The notes beneath the pieces are model-generated. The model was given only the letters and a program-made list of their open reading frames with translations, was not told the DNA's origin and did not search any database. Shown piece after piece: positions 49,599 to 62,900 of a DNA stretch of 64,000 nucleotides; within the stretch, counting starts at the first letter, position 1; each line of letters opens with the position of its first letter. The stretch lies in contig OZ024763.1 of the NCBI GenBank assembly GCA_964016885.1, positions 30,070,001 through 30,134,000 on the forward strand. The letters are read 5' to 3'. Source of the DNA: Eledone cirrhosa (Eukaryota). Both the position numbers and the translations under genes were made by a program.

Positions 49599-52500
49599 CA
49601 CAATTTAATGTCCATTTTTCTACGCTAGCATGGGTTAGACGAGTTGTCCTATTGTGGGCAATGCCAGGTCAGGTGACCATGTCTTGCTCATACAGAACTG
49701 ATCTTGGCTTCGCTTTAACAGCTGGAAGCCTTTCAAAACGCTAACCTCATTTACAGTGAGTACTGTTTATTTTGTGTGTCGTGACCCCTACACCTTGGTC
49801 AAAATCAGTGACTCCTACACCTTGGTCGGAGCAGTGATCTCTAGTTTTCTTTCAAACTATTTTTTTTCTCTTAAATTTAATTAAAAGAAATGTTATTAGA
49901 TTTAGTTTCGGATAATTCTGTGTACATAAATAGCAAATCTTTTGATAATTTATGTAAAGTAAATATTGTATATACTTGTATATATGTCGATAAATATGAC
50001 AAAATATTGATGGTAAAATAGGGAGGAGGACTTGTCTTCGAGGTCAATATTTTGATTTCACCAACTTAAAAATTATATGTAAATGAGGTGCTAAAATATC
50101 TTCGCTTTGGAGATGAATGTTGCACCAGTTTCACTTTGGAGGTGAATATTACACCAGTTTCACTTTGGAATATTACACCAGTTTCACTTTGGAATATTAC
50201 ACCAGTTTCATTTTGGAATATTACACCAGTTTCACTTTGCAGGTGAATATATTACACCAGTTTTACTTTGCAGGTGAAAATATTACACCAGTTTCACTTT
50301 GCAGGTGAATATATTACACCAGTTTCACTTTGCAGGTGGATATATTACACCAGTTTTACTTTCGATGTGGATATATTACACCAGTTTCACTTTGCAGGTG
50401 AATATATTACACCAGTTTCACTTTGGAGGTGAATATTACACCAGTTTCACTTTGGAATATTACACCAGTTTACACTTTCGGGGTGAATATTACACTAGTT
50501 TCACTTTGGAATATTACACCAGTTTCACTTTTGAATATTACACCAGTTTCACTTTGTAGGTGAATATTGCATCAGTTTCACTTTGGTGGTGAATATATTA
50601 CACCAGTTTCACTTTGGAATATTACACCAGTTTACACTTTGGAGGTAAATATTACACCAGTTTACACTTTGGAGGTGAATATTACACCAGTTTACACTTT
50701 GGAATATTACACCAGTTTACACTTTGGAGGTGAATATTACACCAGTTTCACTTTGTAGGTGTATATTACACCAGTTTCACTTTGGAATATTACACCAGTT
50801 TACACTTTGGAATATTACACCAGTTTACACTTTGGAGGTGAATATTACACCAGTTTCACTTTGGAGGTGAATATTACACCAGTTTCACTTTGGAGGTGAA
50901 TATTACACCAGTTTCACTTTGGAGGTGAATATTACACCAGTTTCACTTTGGAGGTGAATATTACACCAGTTTACACTTTGGAGGTGAATATTACATCAAT
51001 TTCACTTTGGAATATTACACCAGTTTCACTTTGGAATATTACACCAGTTTCACTTTGGAATATTGCACCAGTTTCACTTTGGAGGTGAATATATTACACC
51101 AGTTTCATTTTGCAGGTGAATATATTACACCAGTTTCACTTTGCAGGTGAATATATTACACCAGTTTCACTTTGCAGGTGAATATATTACACCAGTTTCA
51201 CTTTGGAGGTGAATATTACACCAGTTTCACTTTGGAATATTACACCAGTTTACACTTTGGGGGTGAATATTACACTAGTTTCACTTTGGAATATTACACC
51301 AGTTTCACTTTGGAATATGACACCAGTTTCACTTTGGAGGTGAATATATTACACCAGTTTCACTTTGCAGGTGAATATATTACACCAGTTTCACTTTGCA
51401 GGTGAATATATTACACCAGGTTCACTTTGCAGGTGAATATATTACAACAGTTTCACTTTGCAGATGAATATATTACACCAGTTTTACTTTCAATGTGGAT
51501 ATATTACACCAGTTTCACTTTGCAGGTGAATATATTACACCAGTTTCACTTTGGAATATTACACCAGTTTACACTTTGTAGGTGAATATTACACTAGTTT
51601 CACTTTGGAATGTTACACCAGTTTCAGTTTGCAGGTGAATATATTACACCAGTTTCACTTTGCAGGTGAATATATTACACCAGTTTCACTTTGCAGGTGA
51701 ATATATTACACCAGTTTCACTTTGCAGGTGAATATATTACACCAGTTTCACTTTGCAGGTGAATATATTACACCAGTTTCACTTTGGAGGTGAATATATT
51801 ACACCAGTTTCATTTTGCAGGTGAATATATTACACCAGTTTCATTTTGCAGGTGAATATATTACACCAGTTTCACTTTGGATGTGGATATATTACACCAG
51901 TTTCACTTTGCAGGTGAATATATTACACCAGTTTCACTTTGGAATATTACACCAGTTTCACTTTGGAGGTGGATATATTACACCAGTTTCACTTTGGAGG
52001 TGAAATTTATATTTGCTATTATATTAGATGATTTTAATGAATATGGCCTTGAAATCAATCAGAAAATGGTACACATCACTCACCACACATTATACTCTAC
52101 ACAGCACACTCTACACACTACACATTACCTTCTACACACCACACACATATTACCACACTACGCCGTCGGACGCCATGCTTTGACGCATAGAATTACGCCC
52201 CTTTCCATTCTGAGTTCAAATCCGCCCGAGGTTAACTGTCTTTCATTCTTACGGGGTCGATAAAATAAATTACCAGTGGGTAATTGCTGGACTTGTGCCA
52301 AAAGTAGAAACAATTATAATAGTTTCTGTATATCTTCTATATTGTGTAGTTATCATGTCGAACCATTCCTATAATTGTAAAATCTAAAAGTACTGTCAAA
52401 CTTTATTTGACATCACAAAAAGGTAAGTCTCCCTCCTCTCTCTCCCTCCCTCCCTCCCCTCTCTCTCCCTCCCTCCCCCTCTCTCTCCCTCCTCTCTCTT

Positions 52501-53395
52501 GTTTCACGCCTCTCTCCCTCCTCTCTCTTGTTTCACTCCCCTCTCCCTCCTCTCTCTTGTTTCACTCCCCTCTCCCTCCTCTCTCCCTCCCTTCACTCCT
52601 CTATCCCTCCTCTCTCCCTCCCTTCACTCCTCTCTCCCTCCTCTATCCCTCCCTTCACTCCTCTCTCCCTCCTTTCCCTCCTCTTTCCCTCCTCTCTCTC
52701 TTGTTTCACTCCTCTCTCTCCCTCCCTCCTCTCTCTCTTGTTTCACTCCTCTCTCTCTCTCCCTCCTCTCTCTTGTTTCACTCCTCTCTCTCCTCTCTCT
52801 CTCTCTCTCCCTCCCTCCTCTTTCCCTCCTCTCTCTTATTTCATTCATCTCTCCCTCCCCCCCCCTCCCCTCTCCCTCCTCTCTCCCCTCTCCCTCCTCT
52901 CCCTCCTCTCTCCCCTCTCCCTCCTCTCTCTCTTGTTTCATTCCTCTCTCCCTCCTCTCCCATCTCTCTCCCTCCTCTCTCTCTTGTTTCACTCCTCTCT
53001 CCCTCTCTCTCTCCCATCTCTCTCTCTTGTTTCACTCCTCTCTCGCTCCTCTCACTCTTGTTTCACTTCTCTCCCTCCTCACTCTCTCTCCTGTTTCACT
53101 CCTCTCTCCCTCCTCTCTCTTGTTTCACTCCTCTCTCCCTCCTCTCTCTCTTCTTTCACTCCTCTCTCCCTCCTCTCGTTTCACTCCTCTCTCCCTCCTC
53201 TCGTTTCACTCCTCTCTCCCTCCTCCTCTCTCTTGTTTCACTCCTCTCTCTCTTGTTTCACTCCTCTCTCTCTTGTTTCACTCCTCTCTCTCTTGTTTCA
53301 CTCCTCTCTCTCTTGTTTCACTCCTCTCTCTTGTTTCACTCCTCTCTCCCTCCTCTCTCCCTCCTCCGCTCTTGTTTCACTCCTCTCTCCCTCCT
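47010..53395 (+). repeat. Segmental duplication, copy 2
   Basis: Collinear with 1-5352. The first minisatellite array is expanded to ~1.9 kb (50101-51999). Confidence 0.97.
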
Positions 53396-56300
53396 TCACT
53401 TTGGAATATTACACCAGTTTCACTTTGCAGGTGAATATATTACACCAGTTTTACTTTCGATGGGGATATATTACACCAGTTTCACTTTGGAATATTACAC
53501 CAGTTTACACTTTGGAGGTGAATATTACACCAGTTTCACATTGGAATATTACACCAGTTTACACTTTGGAGGTGAATATTACACCAGTTTCTCTTGGGAA
53601 TATTACACCAGTTTCACTTTGTAGGTGAATATGGCACCAGTTTCACGTTGGTGGTGAATATATTACACCAGTTTCTCTTTGGAATATTACACCAGTTTCA
53701 CTTTGGAGGTGAATATTACACCAGTTTCACTTTGTAGGTGAATATGGCACCAGTTTCACTTTGCAGGTGAATATATTACACCAGTTTCACTTTGCAGGTG
53801 AATATATTACACCAGTTTACACTTTGGAGGTGAATATTACACCAGTTTACACTTTGGAGCTGAATATTACACCAGTTTCACTTTGGAATATTGCACCAGT
53901 TTCACTTTGGAGGTGAATATATTACACCAGTTTCACTTTGGTGGTGGATATATTACACCAGTTTCACTTTGGAGGTGAATATTACACCAGTTTCACTTTG
54001 TAGGTGTATATTACACCAGTTTCCCTTTGGAATATTACACCAGTTTCACTTTGGAATATTACACCAGTTTACACTTTGGGGGTGAATATTACACTAGTTT
54101 CACTTTGGAATATTACACCAGTTTCACTTTGGAATATTACACCAGTTTCACTTTGGAGGTGAAATTTATATTTGCTATTATATTTGATGATTTTATTGAA
54201 TATGGCCTTGAAATCAATCAGAAAATGGTACACATCACTCACCACACATTATACTCTACACACCACACTCTACACACTACACAACGCACATTACCTTCCA
54301 CACATATTACCACACTACACCGTCGGACGCCATGCTTTGACGCATAGAATTACGCCCCTTTCCATTCTGAGTTCAAATCCGGCCGAGGTTAACTGTCTTT
54401 CATTCTTACGGGGTCGATAAAATAAATTACCAGTGGGTAATTGCTGGACTTGTGCCAAAAGTAGAAAGAATTATAATAGTTTCTGTATATTTTCTATCTT
54501 GTGTAGTTATCATGTCGAACCATTCCTATAATTGTAAAATCTAAAAGGACTGTCGAACTTTATTTTTACATCACAAAAAAGGTAAGTCTCCCTCCTCTCT
54601 CCCCTCTCTTTTGTTTCACTCCTCTCTCCCCTCTCCCTCCTCTCTCTTTTGTTTCACTCCTCCCTCCCCTCTCCCTCCTCTCTCTTGTTTCACTCCTCTC
54701 TCCCTCCTCTCTCTCTCTCGTTTCACTCCTCTCTCCCTCCACTCTCTCTCTTGTTTCACACCTCTTTCCCTCCTCTCTCTCTCTTGTTTCACACCTCTCT
54801 CCCTCCTCTCTCTCTTGTTTCACTCCTCTCTCTCTTGTTTCACTCCTCTCTCCCTCCTCTCTCTCTCTTGTTTCACTCCTCTTTCCCTCCTCTCTCTTCT
54901 TTCACTCCTCTCTCACTCCTCTCTCCCTCCTCTCTCTCTCTCTCTTGTTTCGCTCTTCTCTCACTCCTCTCTCTCCTCTCCTCTCCCTCCTCTCTCCCTC
55001 CTCTCTCCCTCCTCTCTCCCCTCTCTCCCTCCTCTCTCCCCTCTCCCTCCTCTCTCCTCTCTCCCTCCTCTCTCCTCTCTCCCTCCTCTCTCCTCTCTCC
55101 CTCTCTTGTTTCGCTCCTCTCTCCCTCCCCTCTCCCTCCTCTCTCCTCTCTCCCTCTCTTGTTTCGCTCCTCTCTCCCTCCCCTCTCCCTCCTCTCTCTC
55201 TCTTGTTTCACTCCTCTCTCTCTTTCCCCTCTCTCTCCTCTCTCCCTCCCTTCTCTCTCTTGTTTCACTCCTCTCACTCCTCTCTCCCCTCCTCTCTCTC
55301 TCTCTCTTGTTTCCCTCCTCCCTCTCCCTCCTCCCTCTCCCTCCTCTCTCTCCTCTCTCTCTCTTGTTTCACTCCTCTCTCCCTGCTCTCTCTCTTTCCT
55401 CTCTCTCCTCTCTCTTGTTTAACTCCTCTCTCTCTCTCTCCTCTCTCCCCTCTCCCTCCTCTCTCTCTCTCTCCCTCCTCTCTCCCCTCTCCCTCCTCTC
55501 TCCCCTCTCTCTCACTCTCCTCTCTCTCTCCCCTCTCTCTCACTCTCCTCTCTCTCTCCCTCTCTTGTTTCGCTCCTCTCTCTCTCTTGTTTCACTCCTC
55601 TCTCCCTGCTCTCTCTCTTTCTCTCTCCTCTCTCTCCTCTCTCTTGTTTAACTCCTCTCTCCCTCCTCTCTCTCTCTTGTTTAACTCCTCTCTCCCTCCT
55701 CTCTCTCTCTTTCACTCCTCTCATCCTCCCCTCTCCCACCTCTCTCTCTTGTTTCACTCCCCTCTCTCTCCTCTCTCCCTCCCTTCTCTCTCTTGTTTCA
55801 CTCCTCTCTCTCTTTCCTCTCTCTCTCCTCTCCCTCCCTCTTGTTTCACTCCTCTCTCTCTTGTTTCCCTCCTCTCTCCCTCCTCTCACTCCTCTCTCCC
55901 CTCCTCTCTCTCTCTCTCTTGTTTCACTCCTCTCTCCCTCCTCTCTCTTGTTTCCCTCCTCTCACTCTCTCTTGTTTCCCTCCTCTCTCTCTTGTTTCCC
56001 TCCTCCCTCTCCCTCCTCTCCCTCCTCTCTCCCCTCTCTTCTCTCTCTCTTGTTTCACTCCTCTCCCTCCTCTCTCTCTCTTGTTTCACTCCTCTCTCTC
56101 CCTCCTCTCTCCCCTGTCTCTCCTCTCTCTCTCTACTCTCTCTCTTGTTTCACTCCTCTCTCCCTGCTCTCTCTCTTTCCTCTCTCTCCTCTCTCTTGTT
56201 TAACTCCTCTCTCCCTCTCTCCTCTCTCCCTCCCCTCTCTCTCTTGTTTCACTCCTCTCTCCCTCCCCTCTCTCTCTTGTTTCTCTCCCTCCCCTCTCCC

Positions 56301-59300
56301 TGCTCTCTCTCTTTCCTCTCTCTTGTTTAACTCCTCTCTTCCTCCCCTCTCTCTCTTGTTTCACTCCTCTCTCCCTCCCCTCTCTCTTGTTTCACTCCTC
56401 TCTCCCTCCCCTCTCTCTTGTTTCACACCTCTCTCCCTCCTCTCACTCTCTCTTGTTTAACTCCTCTCTCCCTCCCCTCTCTCTCTTTTTTCACTCCTCT
56501 CTCCCTCCCCTCTCCCTGCTCTCTCTCCTCTCTCTCCTCTCTCTTGTTTAACTCCTCTCTCCCTCCTCTCTCTCTCTTTCACTCCTCTCATCCTCCCCTC
56601 TCCCACCTCTCTCTCTCTTGTTTCACTCCCCTCTCTCTCCTCTCTCCCTCCCTTCTCTCTCTTGTTTCACTCCTCTCTCTCCTCTCTCTCTCCTCTCCCT
56701 CCCTCTTGTTTCACTCCTCTCTCTCTTGTTTCCCTCCTCTCTCCCTCCTCTCACTCCTCTCTCCCTCCTCTCACTCCTCTCTCCCCTCCTCTCTCTCTCT
56801 CTCTTGTTTCCCTCCTCTCACTCTCTCTTGTTTCCCTCCTCTCTCTTGTTTCCCTCCTCCCTCTCCCTCCTCTCTCCCCTCTCTTCTCTCTCTCTTGTTT
56901 CACTCCTCTCCCTCCTCTCTCTCTCTCTTGTTTCACTCCTCTCTCTCCCTCCTCTCTCCCCTCTCTCTCCTCTCTCTCTACTCTCTCTCTCTTGTTTCAC
57001 TCCTCTCTCTCTGCTCTCTCTCTTTCCTCTCTCTCCTCTCTCTTGTTTAACTCCTCTCTCCTCTCTCCCTCCCCTCTCTCTCTTGTTTCACTCCTCTCTC
57101 CCTCCCCTCTCTCTTGTTTCACACCTCTCTCCCTCCTCTCACTCTCTCTTTTTTCACTCCTCTCTCCCTCCCCTCTCTCTCTTTTTTCACTCCTCTCTCC
57201 CTCCCCTCTCTCTCTTTTTTCACTCCTCTCTCCCTCCCCTCTCCCTGCTCTCTTTCCTCTCTCTCTCTCTCTCTTGTTTCACTCCTCTCTCCCTCCTCTC
57301 TCTCCCCTCTGCCTCCTCTCTCTCTTGTTTCACTTCTCTCTCCCTCCTCTCTCTCACTCCCCTCTTCCTCCTCTCTCTCTCTCTTGTTTCACTCCTCTCT
57401 CTCTCTCTCCCTCCCCTCCTCTCTCTCTCTCCCGTTTCACTCCTCTCTCCCTCCCCTCCTCTCTCTCTCTCCCGTTTCACTCCTCTCTCCCTCCTCTCTC
57501 TCTTGTTTCACTCTTCTCACCCTCCTCTCTCTCTCTCTTGTTTCACTCCTCTCTCCCTCCTCTCTCTCTTGTTTCACTCCTCTCTCTCTCCCCTCTCCCT
57601 CCTCTCTCCCCTCTCCCCTCCCCTCTCCCTCCTCTCTCTCGCCTCTCTCTCCCCTCTCTCTCCCCTCTCTCTCCCCTCTCTCTCCCCTCTCTCTCCCCTC
57701 TCTCTCCCCTCTCTCTCCCCTCTCTCTCCCCTCTCCCTCCTCTCTCTCCCCTCTCCCTCCTCTCTCTCTTTCATGGTTCACTTCTCTCTCCCCCCTCTCT
57801 CCCTCCGCTCTCTCTTGTTTCACTCCTCACTCCCTCCTCCGCTCTTGTTTCACTCCTCTCTCCCTCCCTCACTTTGGAATATTACACCAGTTTTACTTTC
57901 GATGTGGATATATTACACCAGTTTCACTTTGGAATATTACACCAGTTTCACTTTGCAGGTGAATATGTTACACCAGTTTCATTTTGGCATATTATACCAG
58001 TTTACACTTTGGAGGTGAATATTAGACCAGTTTCACTTTAGAATATTACACCAGTTTCACTTTGGTGGTGGATATATTACACCAGTTTCACGTTGGAGGT
58101 GAATATTTCACCAGTTTCACTTTGGAATATTACACCAGTTTACACTTTGGAGGTGAATATTACACCAGTTTTACTTTCGATGTGGATATATTACACCAGT
58201 TTCACTTTGGAATATTGCACCAGTTTCACTTTGGAGGTGAATATATTACACCAGTTTACAGTTTGGGGGTGAATATTACACCAGTTTCACTTTGTAGGTG
58301 TATATTACACCAGTTTCCCTTTGGAATATTACACCAGTTTCACTTTGGAATATTACACCAGTTTCACTTTGGTGGTGGATATATTACACCAGTTTCACTT
58401 TGGAGGTGAAATTTATATTTGCTATTATATTTGATGATTTTAATGAATATGGCCTTGAAATCAATCAGAAAATGGTACACATCACTCACCACACATTATA
58501 CTCTACACACCACACTCTACACACTACACAACGCACATTACCTTCTACACACCACACCACACATATTACCACACTACACCGTCGGACGCCATGCTTTGAC
58601 GCATAGAATTACGCCCCTTTCCATTCTGAGTTCAAATCCGGCCGAGGTTAACTGTCTTTCATTCTTACGGGGTCGATAAAATAAATTACCAGTGGGTAAT
58701 TGCTGGACTTGTGCCAAAAGTAGAAAGAATTATAATAGTTTCTGTATATTTTCTATCTTGTGTAGTTATCATGTCGAACCATTCCTATAATTGTAAAATC
58801 TAAAAGGACTGTCAAACTTTATTTGACATCACAAAAAAGGTAAGTCTCCCTCCTCTCTCACTCCTCTCTCTCTTGTTTCACTCCTCTCTCTCATCTCTCT
58901 TGTTTCACTCCTCTCTCTCATCTGTCTTGTTTCACTCCTCTCTCCCCTCTCTCCCTCCTCTCCTCTCTCCGCTCCTCTCTCTCCCCTCTCCCTCTCCCTC
59001 CTCTCCCCTCTCCCTCCTCTCCCCTCTCCCTCTCCCTCCTCTCTCCCTCTCCCTCCTCTCTCCCTCCCATCTCACTCCTCTCTCCCTCCTCCTCTCTTTC
59101 ACTACTCTCTCTTGTTTCACTCTTCTCTCTTGTTTCACTCCTCTCTCCCTCCTTCACTTTGGAATTGGATATATTACACCAGTTTCACTTTGGAGGTGAA
59201 ATTTATATTTGCTATTATATTTGATGATTTTAATGAATATGGCCTTGAAATCAATCAGAAAATGGTACACATCACTCACCACACATTATACTCTACACAC

Positions 59301-59967
59301 CACACTCTACACACTACACAACGCACATTACCTTCTACACACCACACACATCACCACACATATCACCACACTACACCGTCGGACGCCATGCTTTGACGCA
59401 TAGAATTACGCCCCTTTCTATTCTGAGTTCAAATCCGGCCGAGGTTAACTGTCTTTCATTCTTACGGGGTCGATAAAATAAATTACCAGTGGGTAATTGC
59501 TGGACTTGTGCCAAAAGTATAAACAATTATAATAGTTTCTGTATATTTTCAATATTGTGTAGTTATCATGTCGAACCATTCCTATAATTGTAAAATCTAA
59601 AAGTACTGTCTAACTTTATTTGACATCACAAAAAGGTAAGTCTCCCTCCTCTCTCTCCCTCCCCTCTCTCTCTCCTCTCCTCTCTCTCTCCTCTCCCTTG
59701 TTTCCCTCCCCTCTCCCTCCTCTCTTGTTTCCCTCCCCTCTCCCTCCTCTCTTGTTTCACTCCTCTCTCCCTCCTCTCTCTTGTTTCACTCTTCTCTCTT
59801 TCTTCTCTCTTCTTTCACTCCTCTCACTCTCCCTTCACTCCTCTCTCTCCCTCCTCTCTCGTGTTTCACTCCTCTCTCCCTCCTCTCTCGTGTTTCACTC
59901 CTCTCTCGTGTTTCACTCCTCTCTCGTGTTTCACTCCTCTCTCCCTCCCCTCCCCCTCTCTCCCTCC
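50101..59967 (+). repeat. Higher-order composite satellite, block 2: four units
   Basis: Spacers start at 52000, 54159, 58406 and 59196. Minisatellites 50101-51999, 53396-54158, 57869-58405, 59153-59195. CT arrays 52428-53395, 54587-57868, 58845-59152, 59641-59967. Confidence 0.97.
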
Positions 59968-59984
59968 TATGTATAAAATAGTTT

Positions 59985-62900
59985 AAAAAATTAAGTCACT
60001 CAGCAGTGAAAACAAACAATAAAAATATTACTAAATAATTATAATTCCTTACTTTCAATAATTTTACCTTATTTTGAAGAAATGTTTCGAGAAAGAGTTA
60101 ATAAGCAGCTATATATATATATAGATATATACATGGCTTGTGTATATATATATATATATCTACTTTAATAATTATATTTGTACAACGAAGGTATAAAAAG
60201 GAACCATGATTTGGTATCGAATGTTGAGCAAACAACGAGCTTCTTATACCCCTCACAGAAGAATTGTGAATATGAATTGAAAGATGGCTAACCATGTGGA
60301 AGCAAAACAGCGAGACGGATAATATAAATAAAACATTCTGTTCCCTAGCTAAATGCTGAAAAATCTAAAACTCTAGATGAATATGGGTGATATCCCTGAG
60401 AATAATGTTTTGAGGCCATTTTCAACCGACATCCGAAAAAACGGTGAGGCTCTTGAAGCAACCCAGAGAAGAAGAAAACAGAAGACACTAGAATTATTTA
60501 GGGAAGATGAGAAACTTTTGTAAATTTAGAGGAGATAAATCTTAGGGGAGACAAGACAAAAATATAAAGACTATTTAAATATTAGTACACTATTCCATAT
60601 AAATACCAAGGACAAACACACAGAATTACAACTTTGGAGGAGATTAATCAAACGAGTGACATGATAGAAATATTTAAAACAATGAAAGGACTTCAGAATT
60701 GGGGAAGAAAATGTAAATAGAAGAGATGACGATTGTTCTGAGGATGAAAAAAATACAAAAAAAAAGTTTCTTACATTTATTCCAGGTATTTAGAAAGTTA
60801 TCCAGTTTGTAAAATAATACAATAAGGAAACGCCACCATCCAGTAAACCTCAGTAATAATCCAATATCGTGGCAGCCGCCATTTACAGTAGAAAATAGTA
60901 AGAAAAATAAGTCATTCAGCAGTAATTGCAGTGTAAACAAACAATAAAAATTTCTTACTTTCAATAATTCTTTTCTTAATTAAACACGTAATTTATTTCA
61001 AATTTGTCGTATACTGTTTGGCAAATGTCAAGTGATTGATGGGGAGAAGCCGATCGATTAAATGGAACATATAAAATGACAGGTACTCTATTTTTCTGCT
61101 ATAAAATTGTAAATTAATATCCACCGAGAACACAAAGGTGGTGTAATATCATTTAAAAATTAGAAATTGAGTTATAAATGTATGTTCAGTGTGTAACGGG
61201 GTTCAATATTTAGCTGGGGATATATTATTTCTTGTACCAGTAGCGATCTGGGATCGAAACCATTATGTTATTCGGACGAAATAAATATACAAGCTTAGCG
61301 CAATCTAGTTGGAGTTACGGGACATTACTGCAAAGCACATCACTGTAGGTTCCAATCTTACATTGGTAAATATATAAAAGTGACATTTAACAATTTATTT
61401 GTAAGTAGCACACAGGATTTAGGTATGACAGATTTGAAATTAGTGAACATTATTGTAGACGAAGTCATTGTAGGTTCAAATCAATACTAGGGCGTTAAGA
61501 AATAAAATGAATATTTACTTCATGAAAGAGTCTGAATTATGAAAGACAAAGTCGACTCTTTCTAATAACAGCAACACTAAGAAAAGCATGAACGCTACCA
61601 CTTCAATTAATCTTCCAAAATCAAAAGTAAGTTTATAAATATTAATTTGAAGCTGTCTCTGTAGCACCGACTAGCCGACATCCAGTGATGTCCTTCAACT
61701 GTCATACCTTAGTGAGTAGATGGCTGCCTGAAAATATTGTTTCTAAACAGGCAGCTTGTGTTGTGTGTGCAATAATGGGATCAGATTCAAGAACTCGACG
61801 TCAAGTGTATCGTTGCAAACGCGATACGGTAATATATGTTCTTTTTATCAGCTTCGTTTTTTATTTATAAACGTTTATGTAGGTCCGTGTACGAATGTGT
61901 ACCTGTGTAAGCTTGTGTGTACATAAGTATTTATAATAAAGTCATCCCCCTCACTTTATTATTACAATTACTACTATTAATAATTTTAACACTATTATTA
62001 TTATTATGTTCACGTCTCTTATCATCAACACTTGCTATGGATTTCCCTCTTACATGTGAGATACACGGTTTGTTTATTAATCAACATTTACTCGAAGATG
62101 TGTGTCGGGACATCGGGCGTAATACTTAGTCTTAACTTGAGGACACCGTACACCCCTATATATATATGTTTATCCCGGGTTCAATCGGCGGTAACCACAG
62201 TAAGTAAGGTACTCATTACATAGCAGATTATAAATACTTAATAAATAATATTTAATATAGAAATGGCTTCTACAGGACTAGAACTGTTTCATTCGGAAAA
62301 AATCATCAGGAAAGCCCTTGGTATCTTCCGAATGAAACCGTTCTAGTCCTGCAGGAGCCACACACACACACACGTATATATATGTATGTATATAAATATA
62401 TATTTGTGTGTGTGTGTATTCATAAGCCCAAGTGTCTATGATGATAAGGTCCCCCTATCTTTGTATATTTATATGTCGATGTCTATTTCCACATGGCATC
62501 TCTGGTCCTCGATGTTGTCACCGCCTGCTTTACGTAGCATCTTAACTATCTAATATTTATTCAGAGAGGTTCTCCCTTCATATCGCAAATATTCCTTTCT
62601 GACTCACTGAAAACTTGTCTTCCATCATCGAGTAAAAGTGATCTACATAAAGGATCTGTCTGATGTTGCTATGTATGTATGTAGGGACGTATAGCTTGCG
62701 AGGGAGTCTTGGTGACCCCACGTTGATATTCGGGGAGTCTTGGTGACCCCACGTTGATATTCGGGGTGTCTTGGGTATTTTGTAAAAGCTGACTGATCCA
62801 TCTCTACCCTAGATCTGATTACAGGAGATAAAGTAGGAGAAAGCAAGTAAGAAAGAGATATAGAAGAAGAATCGACCCCAGTACTACACTGGTACTTCGT

